Source of the DNA: Eledone cirrhosa
Lineage: Eukaryota
Assembly: GCA_964016885.1 (NCBI GenBank)
Contig: OZ024743.1
Coordinates: forward strand, 340,690,001 to 340,754,000
Direction of reading: 5' to 3'
DNA: 64,000 bases
Part shown: positions 13,855-26,174 of the stretch, piece after piece
Layout of the letters: the number at the start of each line of letters is the position of its first letter
Numbering within the stretch: the stretch's first letter is position 1
Notes under the pieces: generated by a model
Databases searched by the model: none
What the model was told of the DNA's origin: nothing
The model's input: only the letters and a program-made list of their open reading frames with translations
Position numbers and translations under genes: made by a program

Positions 13855-14846
13855 TATTTCTTTTATTTGCCACTAGGGCATCAAAAGTGGGACAAGTACA
13901 AAGGGGGGAGTTTACACAAAAAGGCGTCCTCAATAAGGAGGAGGCAATAACAAAATATAAAAATAAAATAAGATATAACAAAAAATAAAATTTTTAACAA
14001 AATCCTCAATAGAGAGGAGGCGCCTTGGGGGGTCGCACACACCCCCAAAAAAGTGTGCAACCCTTCTCCTCAGGAGCACAGAGAAGGGGTGCTCCCTTGG
14101 TCTTTCATCTTCCTCACCTATAGTCTGATGTAGAGTGAAGGCCCATTCACACGGGCCATTCTCGCCACTTTCACCCATCTTTCATAAAAACGACTGGGGT
14201 GCAGCACCTCTCTCTCCATCCTGATCCTTCTTCCGAAATGATATCGGAAGAAACGGACCAGTTGTTGGCCAGAGAGAAAGGTGCCTGACCTCAGTCCTTT
14301 CAGACGCGTCCACCATACAACCTCTTTCGCCATGGCTATTACGCACAGAAACACCGCCTCTGCTTCATCTTTGAAGGGGGGAGGCGGCTTGATCATTACA
14401 ATAGACTCGGTGGTCAACCGGATCGGTCCCACCCTTGACAGCAGTTGTTCGACATAGCCCCACAGATCGGCTACGCCCGAGCAGTGTACCAATGCGTGTG
14501 CAACGGTTTCCTCGTCGCACACGCATCTGGGACAGATCTTTTTGGCGGGGTCCCGACCCGGGCGCCCGTGTCTGTAGAGCCTTTCTCGAACGGGTAAAGC
14601 CCCTCGGTAGCACTGCCAGGCCAGGGACTTCTGGAAGTTGTCCATAGGTCCTGGGCTGAATGTCCTACCGAACAGGCTGGCCAGTTCGTCCTCCTCCATG
14701 TCTAGGGCTTCTCCGAGGGCGTCGTCGCACCTGCTGCGTACCAGCCCTCTATAGAATGTTGCGGTGGAGTCTCCACTGATAACCGGATCCGCCTGCCAGA
14801 GGGCGGTGAGCGCCTGGGCACATTCAGTGTGCCAGGCGCCCAGTCG
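13855..14846 (-). mobile_element. 5'-truncated Tx1/L1-type LINE (zf-RVT C-terminus plus 3' UTR)
   Basis: ORF 14118-14699 with CPRC..EETVAHALVHC; (GATA)n on both flanks. Confidence 0.9.
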
Positions 14847-14894
14847 TAGATAGATAGATAGACAGACAGACAGATAGATAGATATATAGAAATC

Positions 14895-15204
14895 TTTCTT
14901 TATTTGCCACTAGGCGGTTCAAAAAATGTGACATTTCAAGACGTGCCGGCGGGGGTTTTACATAAAAATCAAATGACTTTAACATCAATAAATAACAATA
15001 AACTATATATATAAAATAAAATAACAATCGAAATCCACTATAGTTAGGAACGTTACTGCGTGGTTGTTTTACACCCCGTAGATAGAACAACCCTCAACAC
15101 CTGGAGCACGTTTTACAGGTGTTCCCCTCTTCCCTCTTTTTGTCTTCCTCAATCTACAAGTTTATATACAGAGAAGGCCCATTCACTCTGGCCATTTTCG
15201 CCAC
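14895..15204 (-). mobile_element. Very short 3' fragment of the same LINE family
   Basis: VAKMARVNGPSLYINL* end plus CTAGTGGCAAATAAAGAAA terminus next to a GATA tract. Confidence 0.8.
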
Positions 15205-15206
15205 AT

Positions 15207-15626
15207 AAGGATGTAAAGCAAAGTTAACCTCGACGGGATTTGAACTCAGACCGTAAAGGGTCGTAACTATGCTAGAAAGCATGGCGTCATTATTATATCT
15301 AAGTAAGCGGTGGATTGGCAGTATCGGTAGTGGGTCGGACGCCATGCTTTGACACATTGAGTTACGGCCCTTGCCATTCTGAGTTCAAATCCCGCCGAGG
15401 TTAACTTTGCCTTTAATCCTTACGGGGTCGATAAAATAAAGTACCAGTAATACACTGGGGTAATAGCTGGCCTTGTGCCAAAAGTAGAAACAATTATTTC
15501 GTAGTAAACACCGTTTACTACGAAATAATTGTAAATTACTGTTACTTTATTTTACGGGGTCGATAAAAGAAAATACCAGTAATGTACTAGGTAATTGCTG
15601 GTCTTGCGCCAAAAGTAAAACAATTA
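15207..15626. mobile_element. SINE cluster (15207-15288 minus, 15306-15496 plus, 15545-15626 plus)
   Basis: Consensus matches; short inverted duplication of the tail at ~15490-15532. Confidence 0.85.
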
Positions 15627-15869
15627 TTTCGTAGTAAACGTTGTTTGTGTCTGCACGAAAGACTGTTATTCGGTTTTGTATTCAGTTTCGATTGTTTCCG
15701 TACACCATTGCTTATCCATTTAAGTAAGACACTACACACTTTATTTCTTATGAATTTATCTCATATCACTCTCACACACACACACACGCACATATACACA
15801 CACCCACGCGCGCGCACACACACACATACACCACGCACACCCACCTACACACACATATATATATATACA

Positions 15870-16182
15870 TAATTGTTTCTATTTTTTTGCACAAGACCAG
15901 CAATTACTCCAGTGCATTACTGATGAAAGGCAAATTTAACATCGGCGGGAATTGAACTCAGACCGTAAAGGGCCATAACACTATGCTACATTATATATAA
16001 TTGTTTCTACTTTTGGCACAAGGGCAGCAATTATCCCAGTGCATTACGGGTACTTTATTTTATCGAAACCGTAAGGATGAAAGGCAAAGTTAACCGCGCC
16101 GGGATTTGAACTCAGATCGTAAAGGGCCGTAACTCTACGCTGCAAAGCATGGCGTCCGACCCTCTACCGATACTGCCAATCC
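15870..16182 (-). mobile_element. Two tandem SINE copies (15870-15988, 15998-16182)
   Basis: Consensus matches. Confidence 0.85.
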
Positions 16183-16254
16183 GACCTAATATACTCCATG
16201 ATGATCGGCCGTCGAAATGAACGTACACATACTGAGAGCACTGCTGGTCCATCA

Positions 16255-16338
<84 letters not shown>

Positions 16339-16413
16339 ACACACACACATATATATATATAAAATAAAATAAAACAAGGACGAGTGGTTTCTCCTTCATT
16401 ACGTTTATTGGTT

Positions 16414-16498
16414 GGTGACGCGCGTTTCGCTATTGATCAGTTCAAGGTTCGATCTATATCGATCTAGCCCGGCTCTGTAATCAATGGCTCGTCGGACC
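16414..16498 (-). ncRNA. Type I HHR, CCGACGA (C4) core
   Basis: GGT-CCGACGA-GCCATTGAT...ATCAATAGC-GAAA-CGCGCG-TC-ACC, inside a small fold-back element (25-bp arms 16364-16388 and 16517-16541). Confidence 0.65.
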
Positions 16499-17606
16499 TG
16501 TTTGGTGGGGTAATGACCACTCGTCCTTGTTTTATTTTATTATACTACACTCTGTCTAGCTCTACACCTCGATACCCACGTGAACCTAAATAACCTACAG
16601 TAACTCCGTGTTACACTCCCTGGATATATATATATATATGATTTACTTAAACATTTTAGGAGTGGAATGGTTAAAAAAATGTATATCTGTGCATATATTT
16701 TAAATTATATATAAAAACCACAAACACAGGCTGAAATACATATACACGCGCACTAATAATTACTACAGACACTCTTTGACACACAGTGGCACACTCTCAT
16801 TGGCAATAGACAAAACACACACAAAACACACACATATACAACGATAGTTTATTCAGATTCACGCGTACGCACCATCCCAAACGAAGCGTACATCACTGCA
16901 ACACACATACGCACGCACACAAACACTAATACACATACGCACACACACACAAACAATTATACAAACACATGCACAGAAACAAACATTAAAAACAACACAC
17001 ACACGCACATGACTTTTTCTTCTTTCCCTTCTAATCTTCCAACCCAGTCTCTCTCTCACTTTGTAATTTAATTTTTTCTGATGAAGGAGATACGTTGAAA
17101 CCTTCTTTTCCTTTTTTTATACAGCATGAATTTAATAAGACTTTGTAACATTGTTTTTCGTGCTTGTCTTTCTTTTACCTTGAACTACATACTCACACAT
17201 ACACAAACTCATATACATAGTTTGATCTTAGATTTTCTAATATACGATGCATTGTTCATAAATATTCATTATTTAATTACGCCTGTGACAAATGTACATT
17301 ATGCCAATTAAACTGACTAGTTCTAGTTTGCGTTTGATATACATACCAGTTCACTCTAGCTCTGTAGGTGGACAGAAGAATAATGGTACTTGTCTACCGA
17401 TGAAAGGTGAATAAGTCATGAAACATGGGTAGGCAATCTGTTACGTTTTTCTGCGTACAAATAGAATATTATACTGTTTTTACATCTGTTTAAATTTTCA
17501 TAGCGACGCTTTAATAAGCTAATTATACACGTAATAAATTTAACTTTTCCTTTTTAAGGTTTTCTATTTTACGTTGTGTTCGGCAAACATATTCCTGATA
17601 TAAAGT

Positions 17607-17689
<83 letters not shown>

Positions 17690-17726
17690 CACACATACAC
17701 AACACAAACACACACGAACACACACG

Positions 17727-17766
<40 letters not shown>

Positions 17767-18496
17767 CATATATATATACATAATACTACGAGGAAATATA
17801 TTATCTAGGACTATATTATGCAATATGACTTTCCTAAATCAAGGTCTTAGTGTATGTTTTGAGGGAGATTTGTCTATTTATAGAAAAGTGATTAATATAA
17901 TATAACATGCGCTTTTCTGTTTAATCTAAAAGCATCGCTGACAGGAATGTGTCTTCGTTTTTTCTCTCTTTCAGATTTTATCAATAGACGCACCAATGGG
18001 TGGTCTAGTGCATTTTCACAGTAACAGATGTTCTCACATCGTTTTATATCTGAGAACAGCTGGGTTCGCTCCTACTGTGCAGCAGTTACTCGAAATGTGA
18101 TTTTAAGAGCTTTAAATTATTTAATATCGTATATATATGTTACATTAAAAAGAAATGTTTCTATTTCGTTTATTGGTTTGAATCATAGGTCAGAGAATTC
18201 GTTAATTTTGATCGATTATACAGACTCCTTTCAATTTCCAATGCAATATATGTATGGCTTGGTATGCAAATAAGACTAATCAGCCGATGTATACTTTAGA
18301 AAATATTATATATTTTCAACAGCTCAAGCGAGTGGCAGAAATAGATACACAATCTTGACAAAGAGCAATAACCCAGAAACAACGTTGTTGATTGTTTCTC
18401 TATGTCATTGCAAGAACAGACGGATGACGGTGGTCATCTAAAAAACATAGCGTTACATGGCTGTTTGCTTGCAAACGAATCGAATGTTATTATTAT

Positions 18497-18836
18497 TCAA
18501 ATCCCGCCGAGGTGAACTTTGCCTTTCATCCTTACGGGGTCGATAAATAAAGTACCAGTAATGCACTGTTTAATTGCTGGCCTTGTGCCTAACGTAGAAA
18601 GAATTATTATTATTCGATATGAGGGCGGTGGATTGGCTATTTCAGTAGGGCATCAGACAATAAGCATTTTTTTTACATAGAGTTACGTTCTGAGTTCAAA
18701 TGCTTCCGAGGTTAGAATTGCCTTTCATCCTTATGGGGGTCTATAAATAAAGTACCGGTAATGCACTGGGGTCAATTTAATCGACTTTCCCCCCACCAAA
18801 AGTGTTGGCTTTGTGCCTATATCAGGAATCATTATT
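18497..18836 (+). mobile_element. Two SINE copies (18497-18606; 18622-18836, a longer-tail variant)
   Basis: Core matches. Confidence 0.8.
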
Positions 18837-18858
18837 GTTATTCGATATAAAACTCATA

Positions 18859-18916
<58 letters not shown>

Positions 18917-18954
18917 AGTGTAATTTACTACACAAAACGAAGGTTATAGAGAAC

Positions 18955-19144
18955 ATTGAGGTTGGTAATGGCACATGGAATATATAAGAGACAGAATACT
19001 TTTTTGTGAAAAAACATATAATTTTATAAGGTAAGGAAATAATAAAGGGTATAATATTATTTCCTTACCTTATAAAATTATATGTTTTTTCACAAAAAAG
19101 TATTCTGTCTCTTATATATTCCATGTGCCATTACCAACCTCAAT
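18955..19144. repeat. Perfect palindrome, 90-bp arms, 10-nt spacer
   Basis: 18955-19044 is the reverse complement of 19055-19144; lies between TA tracts. Confidence 0.9.
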
Positions 19145-19146
19145 TT

Positions 19147-19179
<33 letters not shown>

Positions 19180-19384
19180 GTGTGTGTGGTGTATATGTGT
19201 GTATAAATATATATATATGTTTTCTCTGATACCCCAGCCAGCTTACAATCACCAATGGCAGCAACAATAATGTCTCCCAACCATAATAGAACTGAAACAA
19301 GAGGAATCTAGTCATATGAATACTGGACGGAGAGGTTAATGACAAGTCGGACTAGTAGCATATCAATGGAAAAATAAATCTCAA

Positions 19385-19454
19385 GTCGTCTGAAGAGAAC
19401 GTGTAAAGTGGTTATTATATCATTACCTTGCATCTTTGAAATACGTATAATGAC
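19385..19454 (+). ncRNA. Type I hammerhead ribozyme
   Basis: GTCGT-CTGAAGA-(imperfect stem II)-GAAA-TACGTA-TA-ATGAC. Confidence 0.65.
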
Positions 19455-19697
19455 CTAGAAAATAAAATGAAGATAATAAAATGAAAAAAAACCGTCTCTC
19501 CTATTTACTATATATATATACAAATATACATTTAGCGAGAATCGCATTTCGGCGAGTAGAAATTAGCGAAACGCAACTTCCTAATTGTGTTGACAAGCGC
19601 TCAATGGATTTGAATATACCAGAGCTATAAACATAAGTTCAAAAGGCCATATAAAACCGAGACGATGGTTAAGAAGCCATTAACCACCTATGCAAAA

Positions 19698-19737
<40 letters not shown>

Positions 19738-19783
19738 TGCGATATTAAACAAATGGAAACTATATTTATAAAACCATATTTAT

Positions 19784-19843
19784 TTCATTATACATATTTC
19801 GGGGATGCCATATTAAAAATATGGCATGCCTTCGTCAGATAAA
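19784..19843 (-). ncRNA. PLE-associated HHR
   Basis: Inverted partner of 21935-21994. Confidence 0.7.
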
Positions 19844-21934
19844 ATACAATATATAAACAGTTTTATAAATAATTTTGACGTACCATAAATATGAGCGACC
19901 ATTAAGGTAGGAAGCTGGTTTGGTAGTGAAGTGTTTATAAATATTTAGTGTTAAGCACAGTTATAAAGAAAGACGGAGAAAAAAGAAGAAATGTATGTAA
20001 AGAAAAACAGAGAGAAATAGAGAGAGAGATAGGGGAGAGAGAAATAGGGAGGAGGGGAAAAAAGAGAGGCAACCGAAGGCAACAGATGAATAATAATAAT
20101 TCATCATACAAATTGAGAGATTTAAGAGGGAGGGAGTACGGTAATTATTTAGTTATAGTGTTAAGCACAGTTAGAGAAGAGACGGAAAGAAAGAAAAAAT
20201 GGGGATGAAGAGAAAACAGAGAGAGAGAGAGATAGAGGTGGGAGGAAAAGAAAGAGGGAGAAAAAATAATAATAATTATATAGGGGGAGGTGAAAATCAA
20301 GAGAGAAATAAGAGAGAAACGAGAGGCAAAGTCAAAACGGCAGATACATAAACTTCATCATATATAAAGAGAGAGGAGAAGAAAGAGCTATATCTAGAGA
20401 GAGGGATGATAGAGTTACATCTTTACGTCATGCCCTATCAATTTGAATTATCAATTCATATGAACTGGGTAATATAATGTAAATATCAATATTCATGAAT
20501 GAGACATAAATATATAATGTGTGAAAATAATTTTGCTCAATAATGACCATATGTTTAGTTTAAAACTCTGAGGTCGATGCACCAAAAACTGATATAAATC
20601 TTCAAAAAATGACCCTATTTATAAAAATACGGAGATATATAAGTATATACATACACATGCATATGCACTTTCTAAAAAAGGAAAGAAAAAGCGAAAGAGA
20701 AAGTCATGTCAAGCTCTAGTTGATAGTATAGACATACCCATGACTTTACGTGATCAACTCTATAATTTCTTGTTTCACAAAAAAAAATTTTCTCTTAAAA
20801 TATTTCACTATATATATATACATAAAAAATAAACGATTAATATTCATGCCCTCACACACATGATTATCGTTCATGTATACAATATTATGCATATCTGTAA
20901 CATATACAAAACTATACCCACACATACATATAGATATATATGTATGCACACATACAGGTACATGAACAGATAGAATACAGGTACATGAACAGATAAAATA
21001 TACTCTGTAATCATTCCATATGCATATTAATACATATGGCCTTTGTACAGAGACAACCAGATATCAATATATCAGCACAGAAATATCAAAACGTTAAAAT
21101 ATTTTCATCACTCCCTAGGGTATCTCAGGCCACAAAAAAACACAGTATGCTTCTTATATTTACCACAGAAATCTATCCTTCCAATTTACCAGACAATATA
21201 TTGCCAAGTTCTTTAGAAGCAATCAGAATCAAAAAGCAAATAAAAACCCAAAAATTATTTAACAAAAATCATTTAAAGGATTTAGGAGACCCTGTGGTTC
21301 TACGGATGCTCTTATATTTAGTATAGAAGTTTATCTTGCGTAAAATTTATTTAATACATTGGGAGCATCTACATTTTAGAGTAGTTTAATTACATCATTT
21401 GTTTATATTTATGAAGAAGGTTTAAAAGAAAAAGTTGAAGGAATCGAAAGATTTATCGTCAGGTTTCATACATTAATTAAATTTCTTAATTAATTATACT
21501 ACATTTTAAATTTATATTTATATTTAAACGTTGAATTCAATCTATGTCTGCAGCAACTGAATAAATTGCTCCTTAGATTAAGGGAATTTTTGTATTTTAA
21601 TATAAAGAATATCTCCTCCACACAGAGATCACATGTCTCAGATGAGGAATTAAAAGGAATCCCTCTTGAGACAATATTCCAAAACATCGAATACCCAACG
21701 TTATCACGTTTAAGTTGCCAGAGTAAGCTTGATAGTGAAGTTGAAGATTTTTTGTTTGGATCTGTGAAAGAATTCTTATGATTATTGAAGCGAAATTTAA
21801 ATTCTGTCGAGGTGGAACCAACATAGTTGAAAGAATTTAAGTTAGTTTTAACATTACAATTGTATATTATATTTTTAACTAAGCAATTGTTATTTAACGT
21901 CAAAATTATTTATAAAACTGTTTATATATTGTAT

Positions 21935-21994
21935 TTTATCTGACGAAGGCATGCCATATTTTTAATATGGTATCCCTGAAATATGTATAATGAA
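21935..21994 (+). ncRNA. PLE-associated HHR
   Basis: TTTAT-CTGACGA-AGG..ATGCCATATT/AATATGGTAT..CCT-GAAA-TATGTA-TA-ATGAA. Confidence 0.75.
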
Positions 21995-22394
21995 ATAAAT
22001 ATGGTTTTATAAATATAGTTTCCATTTGTTTAATATCGTATATCTACTCCAAAAACTTGTCGAGTGCTTTATATCAGTTATAAAATATTTACTTGTTGTA
22101 ACCCAACAATTTTAAATAAAACTTTTGCATATATATATATATATTTAATTTAATTATGTCTTATATAAAATAATACAGCCAACTATCCACGAAATACAAT
22201 ATAGTTAGCACCCCAAACGTATAATTGGGATTATACTCAGGTATATCCTAATGTTTGTTGAGTGAGATGGGAGTTGGTCGGAGTATCGCTAAAAGCTTTC
22301 TCTGTTAATGTATTAAATATATATAACCAAAAGTTAAACTGCCAAGACTGGAATTGAACCATCAGCACAGTTGAGGTATGTCATACATCAATTT

Positions 22395-22466
22395 ATATAT
22401 TTTATCTGATGAAGACGTACTGAGAAAACAGCACAGTACCTCAGAAATATATATAATAAAATATAT
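22395..22466 (+). ncRNA. Type I hammerhead ribozyme
   Basis: 11-bp stem I ATATATTTTAT/ATAAAATATAT, CTGATGA, GTACTG/CAGTAC stem II, GAAA-TATATA-TA. Confidence 0.75.
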
Positions 22467-22506
22467 TTTGATTACGTTGAATGTCTATATTTATTAATAT
22501 TTTGAA

Positions 22507-22545
<39 letters not shown>

Positions 22546-23420
22546 TAGACCACCCGTGACCCGTTGGGTCATGTTCACTTATATATACAACCGGTCCAGG
22601 CATTGATAAATATGCTGGGTCCGTCACCTCCTTAGTTGACGGACCCAGCATATTTATCAATGCCAGGATCTGTTCTATCTCAGCGTACTCAATAGGTAAT
22701 GTAGGATACATTCCCAGAGTATACACATAGTTATTCGCTTCAATGCAACACACGTAAACGGGTGCCTATAGTAGTTCCCGGACTCGAGTTTCGACCACAA
22801 TTAATGCAGCAGTAGGATGCACTGCATCCTCTGTCTGCATATATTATGCAACAATGCATAATCGGCGCATGTGGCTTCATCAGCGGGTATCGCGTAATCA
22901 ATAACCAATCGATCGACAGAATCCCAACCTCAGCTTATGCCGGCTATGACTGTTTGTGACGGCCGACACAGTAATGTGATTAGCAACTGGAATCTGATAC
23001 AACTCTATCACCCGACCAGCCACCGATTTACAAACTTTCGCTCCCGTCAAAAGCTCTCAGCCAACGTGTCTAAAACACAAATTAATAAGATAGTGAAAAG
23101 TTGGTTATTAGAAAGAGCAGTCCAACATCGATATATAATAGAATGGTATCATTCGGCTCAGGTCTCCAAATCCCATGGCTAGAGGAAAGCGATAGTAACA
23201 ATGGTATTGCCAAGAACCTTTATCGGACATTAAATGCCAGTATCCATTATACAGCGATATATAGTAGCGAGCTGGATTGCGACAGCCACGTGTGTAAAAC
23301 CAATCTATTTCACAACTTAAAAAAGTGAGAGATAAAATTCATAGCAGGAATTAGAGCGCATATCAAAACAAAACAATAAAAAAAGTGAAAAATTGTTTAA
23401 CTTACTCTCATTAGTCTGCT

Positions 23421-23451
<31 letters not shown>

Positions 23452-23459
23452 CATATGTA

Positions 23460-23537
<78 letters not shown>

Positions 23538-24012
23538 CACGCATATATATATATATGTAAAAGGTAAACAGAAATAACAACACAATCGGTAGACGCAGAC
23601 ACGCACATATATTTGAAAATAGAGTCACCACATAGCAAATAACTATACATATTCATTGAATAAATCAGCAAACTAAACCTGGCGATGTAAAACGTGGAGT
23701 CCAGCCATACATCTTTCGTATGCCGGGCGAGCGCGTTTATCCATTATGCAAGCGTCTCTGCTTTTTTTCAGTCTCCAGACGTAGTTTACTCGATTTATTA
23801 TACTATCATCTATAGTTGTCAAATAATTTCAAATTTAGATTTGTCAGTGTTTTGTGAAGCAACTAAATCGTATTTACAATTTTAGCTTCACTCTTAAATA
23901 TTCTAAAAGTGGTCAGGTAGGTATTTTGGCGTACATATATACATATACATAGGTTTATACAAACATACATATGTTGTATTATATTAATACACACACACAC
24001 ACACGCACACGC

Positions 24013-24047
<35 letters not shown>

Positions 24048-24183
24048 AATGTTGCTAGACATCCGTCGTTTCCGGCGATAAATTAGTGCTCCATTTGATT
24101 AATCAACAGAACTACCTGCTCGAGAAATGAACGCGAGTGTATAAAAGAGCATTTACGGGCTTGTGCACCCTTGAATATATATA

Positions 24184-24237
<54 letters not shown>

Positions 24238-24535
24238 GTGTATGTATATCTGTATTATGTTTATATACGTTTATATATGTAATTATATATATATATATAC
24301 ATACACACATATATATATATATATACAATATATTAATTGTTTCTACTTTAGGCACAAGGCCAGCAATTACCCAGTGCATTACATCTGAGTATTCTTATAA
24401 ATGAGTCCGATTTTTCTATAAGTTGTTTTAGAAAGTCCTTATTCCTAAGTAAAGGTATGTCTTTTAGAGAAGAAGAGATCTTAAAGAATTCCATTTTTAA
24501 TATATATATATATACAACATTTTGAAAGGGTAACA

Positions 24536-24599
<64 letters not shown>

Positions 24600-24772
24600 A
24601 TAATAATAATACATTTGAAGACTAAAATCCAAAGAGGGCTCGATAAGGATAAATATATATCAAATATATAAGAACCGTAGAACAAATTTAAGCACCGATT
24701 CTTTGCTTAAACTTTAATCTGTTATTTTAATATATCTATCTATATCTGTGTGTGTATATATATATATATATA

Positions 24773-24844
<72 letters not shown>

Positions 24845-24974
24845 GATATAGATAGATATATTAAAATAACAGATTAAAGTTATTTTAGGAAATGTGGTAA
24901 GGAACCAGGTGGACCATAACGCACCAAAGTACTCAATACTTGAGGTAGTAGAGTGGGTAATAGGAACCAGTAAG

Positions 24975-25068
24975 ACCCCGACAGCTGAGCTCAAGCCGTT
25001 TCGACGGCTAATTCTGGACTAAATGAAAATTTATCCTGGTATTTAAATAGCCGATCTTCTCAAGGGGT
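24975..25068 (-). ncRNA. PLE 3' HHR, U3-A8 core
   Basis: Mirror of 30535-30628; loop III carries the palindrome GAGCTC. Confidence 0.75.
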
Positions 25069-26174
25069 AATTCCATATATGGTCAAAGTGATTGTCAAAA
25101 ATCAGTAGTAATTCTGTGGTTGCAAATTAGTAGGGGAGATGGTGGCTAAACCTGCCAGTAGGAGAAAGAGGGGAGGGGTGGAGTAGACCCAATCAAGCGT
25201 TGGTAGTGCCATCTACAGCTGGGCATGAGGTCAAAGAAGATACAGGGGAGGGGGAGGGGGAGGAAGTCGGAACGGTAGGTAGAACAATGGGGGGTAGAAA
25301 TATATAGGAAAGAAAAAATACTGAGAGTGAAGAAAAGCAAATAAGTGTAAAGAAAAAAGTAAAGTAAATTAAATTCTACGACCTAGGTCTCTAGCTATTG
25401 TTAGGCTAGAATAAAATAAAGAAAGAAAGAAGTAAAGAAAGAAATAAAGAAATAACGAAATAAGTAAAATAACTAGGTGGGACGGATAGGCAAGGACCCT
25501 TTTAAGAGGTATAAGTACGTAAATGATACGGTGACGGGTCAACAAAAGGGGCCAAAATACTAAAGAGACTACCACGAAATAAACAATAAAGGTTTCCATC
25601 CCGGGCACAATGCCAGCAACCACCCAGTGCAGCAAAGTGAACTTGTACGAGATAATAATTCTGAGTCCCGAGAAAAATATATACTAATGCTAACTCTAAA
25701 AGATCTAAAACAAGCTACATGAAAGTTCGTACGAAATAAAGGTAGAATACGGAAAAATAAATTCAGAATCCACCCCGCCCAAAAGAAAAGCGAAGAAAGA
25801 AATACTGAAACGAAAAAATAAAGCATAAGTGCCACTAAGAAATATAGAGGGCACAGAGAATAGTGGGAGCGGTCGGAAAAAGGGGGCAAGTATCCGGGGT
25901 CTAAGCCAACTGCTATAAAGGGCGGAGTCCGCCAAATCTATCATAGACTAGGGGAGGGGGTGGGGGTACTAAGGCTACAAGGGGCCAAAGGGCAGCCTCG
26001 GGTGGGCGAGAAAAGACGCCGACAAAGGAGAAGAGCTGGGGTAGAAGGACTAAGGAGAGAGGGGGGAAGGAAATAAAGGAAGCGATAAAAGAATACAAAG
26101 AAGATCTTACGTCTTCCTTGGCAAGCAGGGGTTACCCATTGCAAAATCGGCAAGTGGGGTGTTATAGCCCTAGT

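Larger units (their letters stand above)
19740..22038 (-). mobile_element. 5'-truncated Penelope-like element with inverted 3'-end copy (pseudo-LTR)
   Basis: GIY-YIG remnant 21499-21903 (NIIYNC..YVGST..FKFRFNNHK..CDLCVEE..LN..CRH), long 3' UTR; 19740-19881 inverted at 21897-22038; abuts (TA)n. Confidence 0.88.

Noticed and set aside
17955-18030. Strong polypyrimidine acceptor (also at ~58285-58298)
   Set aside because: No recognisable coding exon; cannot be supported without transcript data
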